A DNA stretch of 63,998 nt, filler included, from Reticulomyxa filosa (taxonomy: Eukaryota; Protista; Foraminifera), in the NCBI GenBank assembly GCA_000512085.1. It is 17 parts of 17 records of this genome, joined end to end, with 100 filler letters (N's around TTAATTAATTAA, not from the genome) between each part and the next. Parts side by side here need not be neighbours in the genome. Positions count along the whole stretch, not along the records: positions 38,462 to 40,024 come from ASPP01019099.1; positions 40,125 to 46,498 come from ASPP01002865.1; positions 46,599 to 47,948 come from ASPP01025087.1; positions 48,049 to 49,350 come from ASPP01006212.1; positions 49,451 to 50,535 come from ASPP01043781.1; positions 50,636 to 52,288 come from ASPP01002299.1; 11 more parts are not named here. One strand, written 5' to 3'. Under the pieces are notes generated by a model. The model was not told the DNA's origin. It ran no database searches and saw nothing but the letters and a program-made list of their open reading frames with translations. The translations under genes were made by a program, and so were the position numbers. How positions within the stretch are numbered: position 1 is the stretch's first letter; each line of letters begins with the position of its first letter. Of this stretch, positions 38,623 to 51,514 are shown in pieces.

Positions 38623-40010
38623 TCGAGCGCGTCGAACAAGTGCTGCTCAAGACTGCTCAGATAAGAGCGCGTCATTGCGACTTGGACTGCCGATATCGTG
38701 TGATAATTCACACACTCAAATGACACGCCTTTGTCTTTATTTTTATCTTTGTCTTTGTATTTGTCTTTGTCTATGGTTGTCAATCATCCAACTCGGGGTC
38801 CTCTTGCTTTAGCGAGCTGCTTTGGGACGGCTGGTCGGCGCAAATACATTGAGCGGGTTGCAGGGCCATTGTCCATAGCTGTTGAAAAACAGCGACAGCG
38901 AAAACAAATAGTCGGGGATGTCGAATGAGCGACGGGGGAGTACAACAGACTGAAGCTTGTAGAGTTGCAGAGCTGAAACAATTGTGATTGCAAGTCCAAT
39001 AACCATGAGAAGTCAACTGCTACTTCTCCATCCGAAAATAGAATAAACGATTCTATTCGAAAGCCACAATATCCATTGTCATTATTATTATTATTGTTGT
39101 GCACATTACTGTCGACAGGCTTCGATGGGAAATATTGTTCAATCGCGTCGACAATCGATTGAAACGAAGGCCAGTCTGTTTGATTCAACTTCAAATACAA
39201 TTGCAGACAACATATCTGGCCAACAGCCCGAGTGTCTTCCACAGTAAATATCTAGGTATGTTCGATGAATCAAACGCAATTGCGACTGTATCAAGCCAAT
39301 CAACAGCTTGCCATCTTTATTCGGAATTGCGCAGCGCGAATGAAAAGTTAGAGAGAAGGCAGTCAATGATTGACTTACAGCTTTGGCCCATGAGCTCCTA
39401 CGGGTGCTCCGCTTACGAGTTGAAAACAGAAGATTCACTGTCTTGCGAGTAGCATTTGCTAATATCGTGAGGATTGATCGCAATATCGTTACCATTGGCT
39501 AGCCTTGCAATATCGATAATAGCGATTTTTTCGTTTGCTATTTCAAAACAGGTACAAAATCAATCATATACATACACATATATGTATGTGTATGTATTTT
39601 TTTAAAAAACTTTTTTTTTGTCATTACATCTGACTTGAATAAATTCCATTGTGTCTTTTGACTTGACAAACATGTCATTTAAATAACATACAAACGTGTC
39701 GAACAAGTGCAATTCGGACGACGACTTGATCGTGTTGGAGACTCTGGGCAACAGCGAATTGTGAAATAGCAACAGAAGCAACTCATTTTCGGAGATGGAA
39801 TGGACAGTTTTGCCTTCTACGATATTGATGCTATCCAACACCTCTTCCATTTTCATCTGGTTTTCCATAAATATCTTGTCGATCGAGTGCTTCAAGACAT
39901 TGTGATAAAAGGATAAGTCGACCACCATATCGCATTCAAATGTTCACAAAAGGATTGAATCACTTGCCATCGCTTGAAGAAATTCGAGTTGATTGTCCTG
40001 CAGTGTATCT
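38620..40010 (-). CDS. Hypothetical protein, partial, multi-exon and possibly disrupted
   Basis: Coding-like composition; minus-strand ORFs 39602-39928, 39139-39495 and 38784-39242; intron near 39553-39630. No recognisable domain. Confidence 0.45.
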
Positions 40011-40124
40011 ACGTATGTTTTTGTNNNNNNNNNNNNNNNNNNNNNNNNNNNNNNNNNNNNNNNNNNNNTTAATTAATTAANNNNNNNNNNNNNNNNNNNN
40101 NNNNNNNNNNNNNNNNNNNNNNNN

Positions 40125-40330
40125 GATTTAAATCCAATTGAAAATCTTTGGTGGATATTAAATACAATTATTCACAAAAAAGGACATTTAATATCACTGA
40201 AGAAATTTAGAACTAATTCGAAACATAATGTGAAAGAATTAAAACAAATATTTGTGAAACCTTAATAAAGTCGATTCCAAAGAAAATATAGTCAGTTAAA
40301 AAAGCCAAAGGAAATATAACAAGTTGGTAA
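40125..40330 (+). mobile_element. Tc1/mariner DDE transposase C-terminal remnant
   Basis: DLNPIENLW signature and terminal VKKAKGNITSW*; frameshifted. Confidence 0.85.
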
Positions 40331-40440
40331 ACTTGAATTAAATTTTAAAAAACAAATCTTATCATAATCAGGCAAACACAAAAAATTTTTTAAAGTAAAT
40401 GAAAGATTAAAATTTTGGAGAAAATTGTAAAGACTTAATA

Positions 40441-40584
40441 AAAAAAAATGATATTTAAAAACTACAATATTCGTAGATATTTTTTTTAAAAAATTTTGAT
40501 TAAATGTTGTTTTTTCATTGAGAAACAAAATAATCTCTATAAGGTGGCATTTTATTTGTCAACTTTCTTTTTTATCCTACTGTA
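40441..40584. repeat. Tc1/mariner right terminal inverted repeat ending CTACTG-TA
   Basis: Lies downstream of the transposase; strongly similar to 52389-52455 and to the reverse complement of 53511-53653. Confidence 0.8.
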
Positions 40585-40669
40585 TTTGATTCAATTACCT
40601 TTACGCAAATTTATCTTTGCTATATCCTTTTTTACAATTATCTACGATTTGATCCCGAACAAACACATA

Positions 40670-40797
40670 AAAAAAAATGTTTATATTTAAAAACTACAAA
40701 ATTTATATCCTTTTAAAAAAATTAGATTTAAATGTTTATTTTTCATGAAAAAATCGATTCTCTTCATAGGACGCCAGTTTTTTTGTAATCTACTGTA
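40670..40797. repeat. Second, diverged TIR copy in the same orientation
   Basis: ATATTTAAAAACTACAA...AAATG..TTTTCAT...CTACTG-TA parallels 40441-40584. Confidence 0.7.
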
Positions 40798-41022
40798 CTT
40801 AGTGTGGCAAAAACGTTTAATTGGTTATTATTTTACTTTTATTGTAACACCTAATTTTTTTCACAGAAAAATTGCTGGTAAATGAGAGAGACCGACACCA
40901 AATGTAATAGTGGTACACGTTTATCGAGATAGATTGACAAAAGATTTGCAAATCAAATTTTGAACGTTGAAATTGATAATTTGAAAAGGAAAGTTTTAAA
41001 TTATAAACAAAGCAAAAAAAAT

Positions 41023-41667
41023 TTACTCTTGCCGATCTTTATGTTTGGTGGTAATATGTGCAGTCAAAGCATCTTGTCGAAAGCCACAATTTTTTTGGCA
41101 AAAAGGACAAACAAAAGATTTGGGTGCGTGTTTAGAAATAGCATCAGAAGCGACAGTATTTTTATCAGTATTGAACAGTTTCAATTCCAAATTCATTAAA
41201 AACAGCCAAAAGGTTTCGTTTGGACGAATAGCAGACCGTTTACTTTTGACCAATTTGTACGCTTTAGATAGAGACATATCTTTCTCATACTTCATCAAGT
41301 ATCCCAATACAACTGTCGCAGAACGAGACCTTCCTTCGAAGCAGTGCACCAACACTGCGTATTTGTTTTCGTGAATATTTTTGTAAATGAACTCTAAGGC
41401 CTCATTGTACAATGACATGTCGATTACCTCACCGTTCACGTCATTCAACGGAAAATGTTTATAGTGTTTTATCAAGCCTTTGTATTTTTCATTGTGAAAC
41501 AACTCATCCGTGTCCACCTCTATTTCCTTGGCACAGTTCAGTATACACTGAATTCCATTCTCTGCTACGTTTTCGTAAGAGAAACTACCAAGATATAGTT
41601 TGTCAATGATTTGATGCATCATTGGTGTTTTGGGGGCTTCTTTCTCTTCTGTTTTCTCTTCAGCCAT
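41023..41667 (-). CDS. Dual-specificity protein phosphatase with C-terminal C2H2 zinc finger
   Basis: IIDKLYLGS, VLVHCFEGRSRSATVVLGYLM, IRPNETF; then CPFC-x13-H-x4-H. Confidence 0.93.
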   Translation of the reverse strand: MAEEKTEEKEAPKTPMMHQIIDKLYLGSFSYENVAENGIQCILNCAKEIEVDTDELFHNEKYKGLIKHYKHFPLNDVNGEVIDMSLYNEALEFIYKNIHENKYAVLVHCFEGRSRSATVVLGYLMKYEKDMSLSKAYKLVKSKRSAIRPNETFWLFLMNLELKLFNTDKNTVASDAISKHAPKSFVCPFCQKNCGFRQDALTAHITTKHKDRQE

Positions 41668-42087
41668 TCTTATTGCACTTCTATTTTATTAAGGTTTTTT
41701 TTGTAAAACAAATAAAAAAACTCGTTCAAGGTATAGAGGTACTTTTTAAAGCTCGACGAAAGATAGATATAAAGAAAAAAATAACAACAGTGTTCACATA
41801 AAATATGGAATATGTAATGGAAAGAGATTTAATCTTTAAAAATACATGGAAAAAATATTGTATTTTGAGCAATCAAGAAATGCGGGAAAAGAAGGAGCAA
41901 TTGGCAGGAGATAGTATGCAAAAATAAAGAAAATATTTGAGTGCGATGGACTTGGAAGGAGTTGCAAGGCAAACAGAAAACAACAGTCAAATGGAAGTAA
42001 TAATAAGGGGAAAATGACAAAACTAAACAAGATTCATAAAAGTAAGCAGAAAACCCTACAAACAAAGAAAAAAAAGAAGAGGACAAT

Positions 42088-43775
42088 TTACTCTTGAAGA
42101 GCACATACTTTGCAAAAATAGCAACGTTGTTTCCATTTCCACTCATTGACCTGAATTTCATTTTTGATGGACATGACAAACTCGTCTTCGGGTTTGTCGT
42201 CCTCGTCGACGGTGACCTGAGCACAAGTGGGACTGGAAGGGTTGTCACTTTGGTGTTGCAAGAATGAATCAGCAAAAAAGTGTGTCTGTGTGGAGTCATT
42301 GACATTACGAATGGACAAGTCGTGGTGGCGTTTGTCGGCGTAATACTCGTGGCCGCCCCCACCGACATTTTGCCTTTGATAGCAGTGATAACTACACTGG
42401 CAAGTCCGACTATCGAATATGCACGCTTTCGTTAGCGTGTCCGTCTTCTTCCATCCGCTTCGCAATCCGAATATATTCTTAGGAGTTGGCTTGTCCACCA
42501 CGTGTCCAGTGTACACTTCTTCCGCCGATTTCCTGGTCTTTATTATTTTTATCGCATCTCTGCCCAGCTTTAATGTTCCGATATGTTTCTCTTCCAAAAG
42601 TAGTCGTAGTCCTTTCATTTATTATTATCATAAATGAAAGTATACATAATATGTATTATTTAAATAAATCTCTCTCGTTGTTAAATGTCAAAGCATGTGC
42701 ATTGCGTTGTGTGTGTGTGTGTGTTTTTTTTTTTTAATGTGCACGTGCGCATGTGCGATATAAGAATACGTACCAAGAAGTGACTGCTTATCAATTAAAG
42801 GTACTTTTCTATTGGTTTGTTGAAGAGTGGGATCATTAACATCATTGTGTCGAAAAGGGCGTTCGTTGAAATTGTCAGAGTGATGTTTATATCCACGATC
42901 ATGACCGTGATGATTATCATTGGCATTATGATCATCATGATCATCGTGATCATCATGTTCATCATGATCGTGATCGTGATCATCGTCACTATCACTGGGC
43001 ATAATGGAGGCAAAGGCTTGTTGCCAGGCCTCCCAATCGTCTTGAGCAGAGGGCAGTTTGAAAGGCATGGAAATGACGAAGCTAAAATTTTCGCGTTTGA
43101 AAAAGTAGCTCTGTTCCAATTCGTGGACGCAGCTGAGCAGATAGTCCATGTCCCAGAAAGGGAAGTGGATCACCACTTTGACGAACAGCAGTGTCAGCTT
43201 CAGTTCCGAGTGCTTCTTCTCAAAAAAGCTACGCAGCTCGCTCAGCAAAAAGATGTTGCTGTCGCACGTCGTGTTTTTCGTCACAATGTATAAATACTTC
43301 AACTGACGACATGTGTTGTTCATTTGCGACGAGTAGTACCAATAATTCAAATAATAATGCAACCAATTACCACCAGTAGTACTACTAGTACTACTAGTAC
43401 TTGTACTACCACTATTACCACTGCCGCTGCTATCGTGCGATTGCACGTGCTCATCTTCATTTGCAACCCCCCCAGTGGCCACCACATTGCTTCCGCCGCC
43501 ATCACGGTCGTGGAATCGAGTCAAATGATTTTCGTTCAGATGCTCCAACAAGTAACGCAATTGCAACACCGTGGACTTCCTTCCGTATATCACCTGCAGG
43601 CGCTTCAGCACGGGCAGGTGGTGAAAGTACTCGGACAAAAACAACACATTGTTGTCCGACAGGTACACACACAACTCTTCCAATCCGAAAAACACTTTGT
43701 TTTTCATCTCGATTGATTTGCTTAACGCTTCGTGATTTTCCTTTTGTGGCTCGCCCTCCCTTTTTTTTTTTTATT

Positions 43776-43811
<36 letters not shown>

Positions 43812-45270
43812 GTACATATATATACATATATATATACATATATATGTATATGTGTGTGTGTGTGTGAAAAGCTTCACATAACAACGTGGCCTCAGATTGC
43901 TGGAACCCACGCAATCCATGCAAATGCAAACTAACCATTTGCGGACAAAAGTATTTGATCAGCGACAGCTGCAGCTTCACTGTCGACACTAGTGTGATAT
44001 TCGACGTGATCGACACAATGTTTTGATTATATCCTTGCGCTTCGTCAACGTATGTCTTGTGGCTGTCTGATCCAAGGCGGTACACTGATCTCAGCTGCTT
44101 TTGCTCCAAAAACTGAGGGTAATAGTCACTGCTCAATGGAAAGTTCACCGTCAAACTTTCCAACTTTTCGCAGGCCTTGATTACTGGCACTCCTTTATAT
44201 ATACATACATAATACATTTTTTTTAATTAATTTATTTATTTGGACACCCAATCAAAAAAGAGTGATAAGTCTCACCCAATCAAAAAAAAAAAAAAAGTCA
44301 TTTTTATTTGTTTGGAAAAGCAAAGGTCGCACCTTCGTGACAATACAATTTGTCAATATCTTTCCAATTGCGATGAAAGTTGGGGATGATCTTGAAGAGA
44401 GACAAGTGTTGGACGCGAGACAACAATCGCTCCAAATTGCTGCAGATGACTTGGTGATACAAGTGATTCCGCACAAACACGATATCCAAGCGTTGCACTT
44501 TTTCAAACCTTTCATTCCATTGATTCAATATACCGTGACAATACAAACTATTTTCAACGTTCGCCTTGCGCATTTCTTGTTGCTTCTTCTCTTCCTCCTT
44601 CTCGTTCGCTATCGCGCCCTTGTCTTTCATCAACTTTTTTTTTTTTTCAAACAAAAAATTGTATAAACATATTCAAATGCTATGTATACATATATATTTT
44701 AGCAAAAAACCATATACATATACATATAATATATATATATATATATATATTATATGTATATGTATATGCTTTTTGTTATTATTATTGCCCCTGACTTGAT
44801 AATCACTCCCTTTGCCTTGTCGTTGCCTTCGTCTCTCCTTTTGTCTGGACTGTGATAAACTGCTGCTATCGCTTTCCTCGGTCGATTCGTCGCTTGAGCG
44901 ACTTTTTTTTTTCTTTCTCTTCAAGTATCTTTCTCAGGTACTCAGGGGAATGAAACTTTATTGTGAGGTGGGTTATGTTGCTGAAGCCCTGAAACACATT
45001 GTTGCGGCTGTTCTCCAGTTGCAAATAGTGGTGGTAAATGTACGGGTTGGGGAACGTGTATCGCAGCTCACGAATGCATTCCTCCGGCTTGCTTTGAATT
45101 ATTGTGTGCACTTTCTGACACGCTCGCTTGAAATGCGTCAGTGAACGCAAATCCAAATGCTGACAAATCTGCTGGACAATTGTTGGAGAAAGTAACAATA
45201 ATTTCGAGAATAACAAAAACGAATTCTCTTTTGTTGCTTTCGATTCATCAACAGATTGAACTAGCGACAT
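42088..45270 (-). CDS. F-box-like protein with LRR-like and low-complexity regions, multi-exon
   Basis: [28 protein letters not shown] is F-box-like; LxxLxL segments; S/T-rich and D/H-rich tracts; microsatellite-filled introns. Confidence 0.6.
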
Positions 45271-45647
45271 TTTGATGTAGTCGTGTAGTATTATTATTAT
45301 GATTTTTTTTTTAAATTGAAACTTTGAGCGTTGAACGGAAACACTTGTTGTTTGAAGTGTACACGCTTTTGTTTTTTCTTTCATTATCTCTAAGCTTTTT
45401 GTTGTTATGGTGTGAGGCTGATTCGATGAAAACTTTTTAAATGCTGTTTTGAAATATTTTGCGAAACAGACGCTTCAAAAAACCTGACATGTATTTAATT
45501 AAAATCTTAAAAACAAATAGATAATTAAACATAGATTCAGTTTGTAGAGAAAAATTTTTTGTACAAACTAAATGCTAAAAATGAAATTTTCTCAAAGTTT
45601 GGTAATTGTTAGAAATAATCCTAAAAATGTAGTAATTTTTAAGAGTT

Positions 45648-46389
45648 ATGTTTCGTATCACAAGCAGATTTCATGCACTTAAAAATTTGAGCAAGAGTTT
45701 ATTATCTAATGAACTAACAACAAAAAAATGTGTGCAACATTTTCTCCAGTGGGGAGGGGTGTTTGTGTGGAAAAGCACCTTTTGTTCATTGTTCTTTCCT
45801 GACAAATATAGAATGAGTTCAAAATTGATGGATTTGCTGGAGGACGTGTGTAGCAAGTTGGAGAAAATGGCTCTAATGGATCCTGGAAAACGTGGCGTTG
45901 CTAGTCTGTGTATCCCAGGGGAACTGTTCAAAAGCGTGAAAGCGCTAAATGCATCAAAGCACGTTCTAATTGCCACTGGGTGAGAATAATGAGAATATAC
46001 GTGTTTGTTTTTTTTTTGTTTGTTTTTTCTATTAATACACCAGTGTGTATGCATGTCTGTGAATATACCAATGGATCAACATCAGGTTTCCTTGCCTTCC
46101 AATTATAACGGAGAGTGACGGTCCTTCTGGTATAATTGTACTTGCATATGTGTTATTGAAGTCGGACGAACAAAGGCATGTGACTATTTGTTTCGACGAA
46201 AGCCACAAACCAGTGCTATCGCCCTTGGTCGACCTGTTATCTCAGCTGCTCACCAACAACAGCACAGCGGAAGAACGGCGCAACATGCAAAGACGCGTAC
46301 ACGTCCATGTATGTCCACTATTAAGCCCGAAGATTGACGTATCCGAGTATTGTCGACAATTCTTTGAAGCAAATGTCAGAAAAATATGA
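45648..46389 (+). CDS. D-glutamate cyclase-like (DUF4392) protein, 3' partial
   Basis: DPGKRGV..ELFKSVKALNASKHVLIATG|FPC..ESDGPSG matches the DGLUCY C-terminal domain as recalled (DPGNRG..TTGFP..ETDGPPG). Start is ATG 45648 or 45813. Confidence 0.8.
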
Positions 46390-46689
46390 GAGGGAAAAAA
46401 AAGAAAAGATAGGATAAGAGTTGTTATATGTTCCAATCAAAACAAAAACAAAAAAACAATATATATGTATATATATATATATATACATATATATTGTTNN
46501 NNNNNNNNNNNNNNNNNNNNNNNNNNNNNNNNNNNNNNNNNNTTAATTAATTAANNNNNNNNNNNNNNNNNNNNNNNNNNNNNNNNNNNNNNNNNNNNGG
46601 ATGTATCTCTTCTCCTAGAGCAAGCAATGAATATATATATATTATATTTTAGTATTTTAGTAATTGTTTAAAAAATAAGAATAAAATAC

Positions 46690-47876
46690 CAATGCATTTC
46701 TGCCTGGCTTCTTCGAGTTTGGCTTGGGATGCTTGTTTGAGCTGTTCACACTGCAACTTCTTGGATTGCAATTTGCTTTGCTTTTCATGGGCCACTTTGA
46801 GATGATGCTCAAGTTCTTGGATTTGCATAATGTGATTGTCTCGATTTTCTTTCATTTTCGCCAAGGCTTTTTGGCGTTCGCTGCAAAAGGAGCGAATCTG
46901 CTCTTGTTTGGTGTCATTTTCACGACGACGACGCTGAAGCGTTTTGATGTTGTCATCGACGGTGGTCAACTGCGCCTGTATTTCGTCCATTTTGGCAAGG
47001 ACTTGGCGACTTTCATTCTTCAAATCTTCAATGACTTGTCTGTCAATGTCTCGATTCAAAACCCTTTCCAACTCTGCTTTTTTCTGTTCTTTCAACTCCA
47101 ACTGGTTCTCCGTTTCTTCGATTTGCTTCCTGCCTTCGACCACCTTCTTTTGTTCGCTCTTGCATGTCTCGATGGATTGCTCCGCGTTTGCAATTGCGGC
47201 GTCGTTGCGCTTCTTCTCCTCCTCCATTTCTTCGATTTTTGCACGGTATCTTCGCACCTGCGTCTGTCCATTGGCCAAAATCGCAGACATGTAAAAAACG
47301 GGTTTCGACACTATCGCATGTCTCTTTTTCTCTAGACAGTACAGTTGCTGAGCGTTGTCCTTCTCCTCACCGCTATTACGATCGTCGTTGTAGTCGTCGT
47401 AGTAGTTACCACTGAGGCTATCCGTTGCACTCCTCGGTTGAGGGATTGTGAATACTTGTCGCACCTTCTGACTCTCTTCTTGAGATAGATTATCAAGAAA
47501 CTTATGCGTTTCACTCAGAGTCCCGTACACATAGCCAAATTCAGGCTGTGCCATGTCCACTATGAGATTGAACACCCAAGGATTGCTTACTTTGAACAGA
47601 TCGCTCACACGAAGTATAGACGAATCGAACGGCGATGGAAACAATTGATGTGATCTATTCCATTACCATATACACACGCATACATATATACACATATGTA
47701 TATATATATTTGTTAATACAAAAAAAAAAAAAAACCTAGTTGGAAACAGCACGCACATGAACTAGAGGCAATTGAATGTTATTCGAAGCCAACAGTCTCT
47801 CAAACTCGCCGCGATCTTGATGCGAAGCGCACACCCAGCTGTGCAAAAACGACGTTCCCAGCGCCGCTTCGACAAT
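46690..47876 (-). CDS. SMC6: SMC6-like hinge and coiled-coil fragment
   Basis: IVEAALG..LHSWVCASHQD and VSDLFKVSNPWVFNLIVDMAQPE resemble the SMC6 hinge, followed by a long coiled coil. Confidence 0.7.
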
Positions 47877-48048
47877 CTGTTAAATTTAAAAAAAAAAAAA
47901 AAAAAAACGAGTGTGATATAATGTTCGTTTGTGGCAATGTGCATCAACNNNNNNNNNNNNNNNNNNNNNNNNNNNNNNNNNNNNNNNNNNNNTTAATTAA
48001 TTAANNNNNNNNNNNNNNNNNNNNNNNNNNNNNNNNNNNNNNNNNNNN

Positions 48049-48206
48049 CAAATGATAACACTATTCGATTATGGGATGTAAAATCAGGACAATAAATACA
48101 AACTTTGTTAGGACATTTACATCATATAAAATGTGTTGATGTTTCACCAGATGGTAATGCAATTGTGTCAGGTTCTTTTGACAAAACAATTCGAATCTGG
48201 GGATGA
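48049..48206 (+). pseudogene. WD40-repeat C-terminal remnant with in-frame stop
   Basis: DNTIRLWDVKSGQ*IQTLLGH..VSPDGNAIVSGSFDKTIRIWG*. Confidence 0.82.
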
Positions 48207-48884
48207 AGCTTACTTTGGTTCTAATCATTGCATTATTGTCTTTGAAGAAAAAATAAATAATTTGTTTTCAGACTTTTGTCTTTTTTTCCAGACTTATTCA
48301 CTTCAAACAAAATCTTATCAATAATTATCGATAAACATTAACAAACATTTATAAGTGGGTTAAATATTATACGCATAAGATAATTTAAGCAAGATTTTTA
48401 AAATCTGGAATTAATGAAAAAGAAACAGCATATGGTAATAAATAATATATTTTAAAGAAAAATTAAAGTTTACATTGTCATTGCCTTGTCGGCTAATATT
48501 TAGTCATTGTATTTATTGTAAATCAGCAAAATGTCTTACAATACAAAGATACATTTTTTGCAAAAATTTTATTAATTCATTATTTTTCAAATTAGTATCT
48601 TGTTTGAGCTGTTCGAGTTGATGTAATTTTCATTCAATAAAAAATTATAAAGAACAAAAAAATATATAATCACATGGAAATTATACATTATTATTTATAT
48701 CCATTTTGTTCATCAGCTACATAGCTCAAAAAATGTACTGTTGAAAGTATTGAGTGTCAAGTCGATATTGAACAATCTCTCTTTGCCAAAATCAAATTGG
48801 ACAGAAATCCAGATTCATCCAAAAAAAACGTCATAAACAATGGCAAATTTTTGCTAAATGAAGAAGAAGAAGAAGAAATGAATG

Positions 48885-49264
48885 TTACTCCCAGTAAAAA
48901 GTTAAGACATTCTCTCCGTTACCACGGATCAAGACAGTTGCCCCATTATCGTGTGTTCGACTGAGCATGTCCAACACGCCAAGATACATCGTTGAGTCTT
49001 TGAATGAATTGGGATGTGGCGCTGTGACAAAAACGCACTTTTGTTCGTGTGAATAAGTTTGAATCAACTCACTTACACGCAGCCAGCGTCTTACGCGTGC
49101 GTTATTCCACTTCTGACTTTCGGCCATGTCGTAACCAGTCAATTGGCAAAAGGTCTCAAGAGTTTGCTTGGTTGGCTCACGACGGTTGGATTTGATCGGA
49201 TAGGGACCGTTAATGTGCAGTCGAAATTTTTCCAAAAGAGCTTCTAATTCCGCTTTCCACAAAT
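48885..49264 (-). CDS. SLC12 cation-chloride cotransporter, last exon
   Basis: LLEKFRL, LRVSELIQTYS, YLGVLDMLS, VLIRGNGENVLTFY match the NKCC/NCC C-terminus. Confidence 0.9.
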
Positions 49265-51514
49265 CTATGATATTTATATTACGGCATGAATTGTGTGCGT
49301 TATTTTTTTTTTTGGATGAGAAAAAAAAAAAAAAATACACACAAATTAAANNNNNNNNNNNNNNNNNNNNNNNNNNNNNNNNNNNNNNNNNNNNTTAATT
49401 AATTAANNNNNNNNNNNNNNNNNNNNNNNNNNNNNNNNNNNNNNNNNNNNGTGATAGATGCGAGAATTGCCAACGACGGCCATTGTCCAAGATCAAAGTG
49501 TGCCTCTCGTCACAAGAGCGACAAGAGCGGATGCAATTCTTATTTCGAAGATGTTGGTATTGGAAGAATTTAAAAAAAAAAAATCCAAGTTCAATCGCAG
49601 ACATTCTGGACCTTGCTGCTGCCAGAACATAAAAGCGGAGAAGAAAACAAGGAAAAGTGAAAACGACATCGACGTTATTATGTAATAACGACTGCAGAGA
49701 CTGGATCGACAAAAAAGTGGAAAACGAGGAAGAAAAAGAAAACAATCAATATTGCGATCAAACGAACCAACCATTACATCGGGTGAATCATCCCATGTTA
49801 GATTGTTTCAATTTTAGTTGTGCGAGGTTAACAAGGCTCCAGCAAGCAGAAGAAGATGAAGCGAATGAGGACGGAGATAGCTAGTGTTCCAAGATTATGT
49901 CGCGTTGGACTTGCTTAAAAGGAAAAAAAAAACAAAAAAACAATCAGTCCGCGCCGGCTTTATTGAAATTGATCTGTACGTCTCGAAACGCGCAAAATCG
50001 CCACTCGCGGCGTAGACTAACTACCAGTAGGCACCCCCCAATGGAAAATGTCGAACGGATATGGCAATGTCTAGAGATATTATTCCAAGTATTGCAAAGA
50101 ACTTGTTTGCTAGCAACGTATGCTCGCACAAGTCTCTGGCACTTTGCCCAGCCAACAATTATCCGCAAAGAAGGTATCTAGCTGCCGTCTACCGGGCCAA
50201 CGAGCAAGAGAAACTCTGTCGTTATGGAAATGGAACTAATTGTACAAACTCAAGACAATAGCCGAAACGAGCAGATTGGGCATCCGTGTCGAAACTAGTC
50301 GTGTGTGCGTACATGCACAAAATTTGTGTTTTGAATCATGCGCGTGCTGATGGAAGGAATCATAAGCCCCCCCGGCGGGCGACATCGGACATTGCAGATT
50401 TTCAAACATGGACGAACATAGTGCGCCCTCTCTCTCTTCACAATGGAAGTTATTGCATTGGTGTGAATGTCAAGCGCGCAGTCCAATGACGACAGCGACG
50501 AAATGCAATTCGTTCAATCTTTTACTCATTTGTCANNNNNNNNNNNNNNNNNNNNNNNNNNNNNNNNNNNNNNNNNNNNTTAATTAATTAANNNNNNNNN
50601 NNNNNNNNNNNNNNNNNNNNNNNNNNNNNNNNNNNATGTATTTGTATTTGTATTTGTGTGAATGGATGACATAAGAGCGTAGACGATGACAACGAAAAAC
50701 AGAAGGAATAGATGATGTAGATGTTTAGAAAAAAAAGAAAAGAAACCGAAAAAGAAAAATTTTATTTCATTTAAGAAAAAAAACATCAATGTAAAAAGAT
50801 ATTTTCAATTTCAATTTTGTAAAATTCATATTATACTTTCCATTTTTTGCTTTTGATACGAGAAATTTAAAGCAAAATATTCCACTATCTTCTTTGTCAT
50901 CTACCTTGATCATAAATAATTCATTCTGAATAAAAAAAATAACAAATATATTTGTTTATTTTTAAATTAAATGAAAGACAAAAATAAATAAAACGTAAAA
51001 TAATTTATCCATCCAAATTTAATGTAGATGTCATTTTTGCAACTGATTGGAGAGTATTCAATGATGTAAAGTTTAAGATTATTAACTTTTTTTAGTTCAG
51101 TCAACTGACTTCAAAAATCGAGTTATGCCAATATATGTGCTTTTTCTTAACAAAGAAAAAAAACAATCTTTGTTCCAAAGAAACTTATAAATATTTAAAT
51201 AAACATGTTCGATACAAAACACAACTTTTTCTTTCTATCAAAGATACAGTAGATTGTACTATTTTATTCACTGTTCAAAAATACTGAATTTGAGTATTTG
51301 TATGTATTGTATTATGGTGAAATTATAAAATGAGTCCAACAGTGTTTTTTGCCCAAAAAAACTTAAAAAACTTTAAGTGCCTCTTCTAACTGTATCCATA
51401 AAATCAGAGTAAAAAATATTAAGCTAGGAAAAGGCCAAAAACAGATTAAAAAGAAAACATTTGTAAATGAAAATCTACAAAAGTAAAGGAAAAAAAATTC
51501 GACAAAAAAAAAAT

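Noticed and set aside
43776-43866. TA/CA/TG microsatellites and poly-A/T tracts (also about 10350, 35740, 36780, 44700, 59160, 62045)
   Set aside because: Ordinary intronic simple repeats that also explain contig breaks; no spacer structure, so not CRISPR.
3340-47760. Single-base frameshifts in otherwise intact genes (about 3351, 18620, 20515, 33188, 47745) as programmed ribosomal frameshifting
   Set aside because: They mostly sit in or beside homopolymer runs, go in both directions and share no motif. Sequencing error is more parsimonious; raw reads would settle it.
49451-50535. Relatively GC-rich contig with many short overlapping ORFs
   Set aside because: No frame or motif could be recognised. 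It is probably a decayed gene or element and cannot be called without a search.
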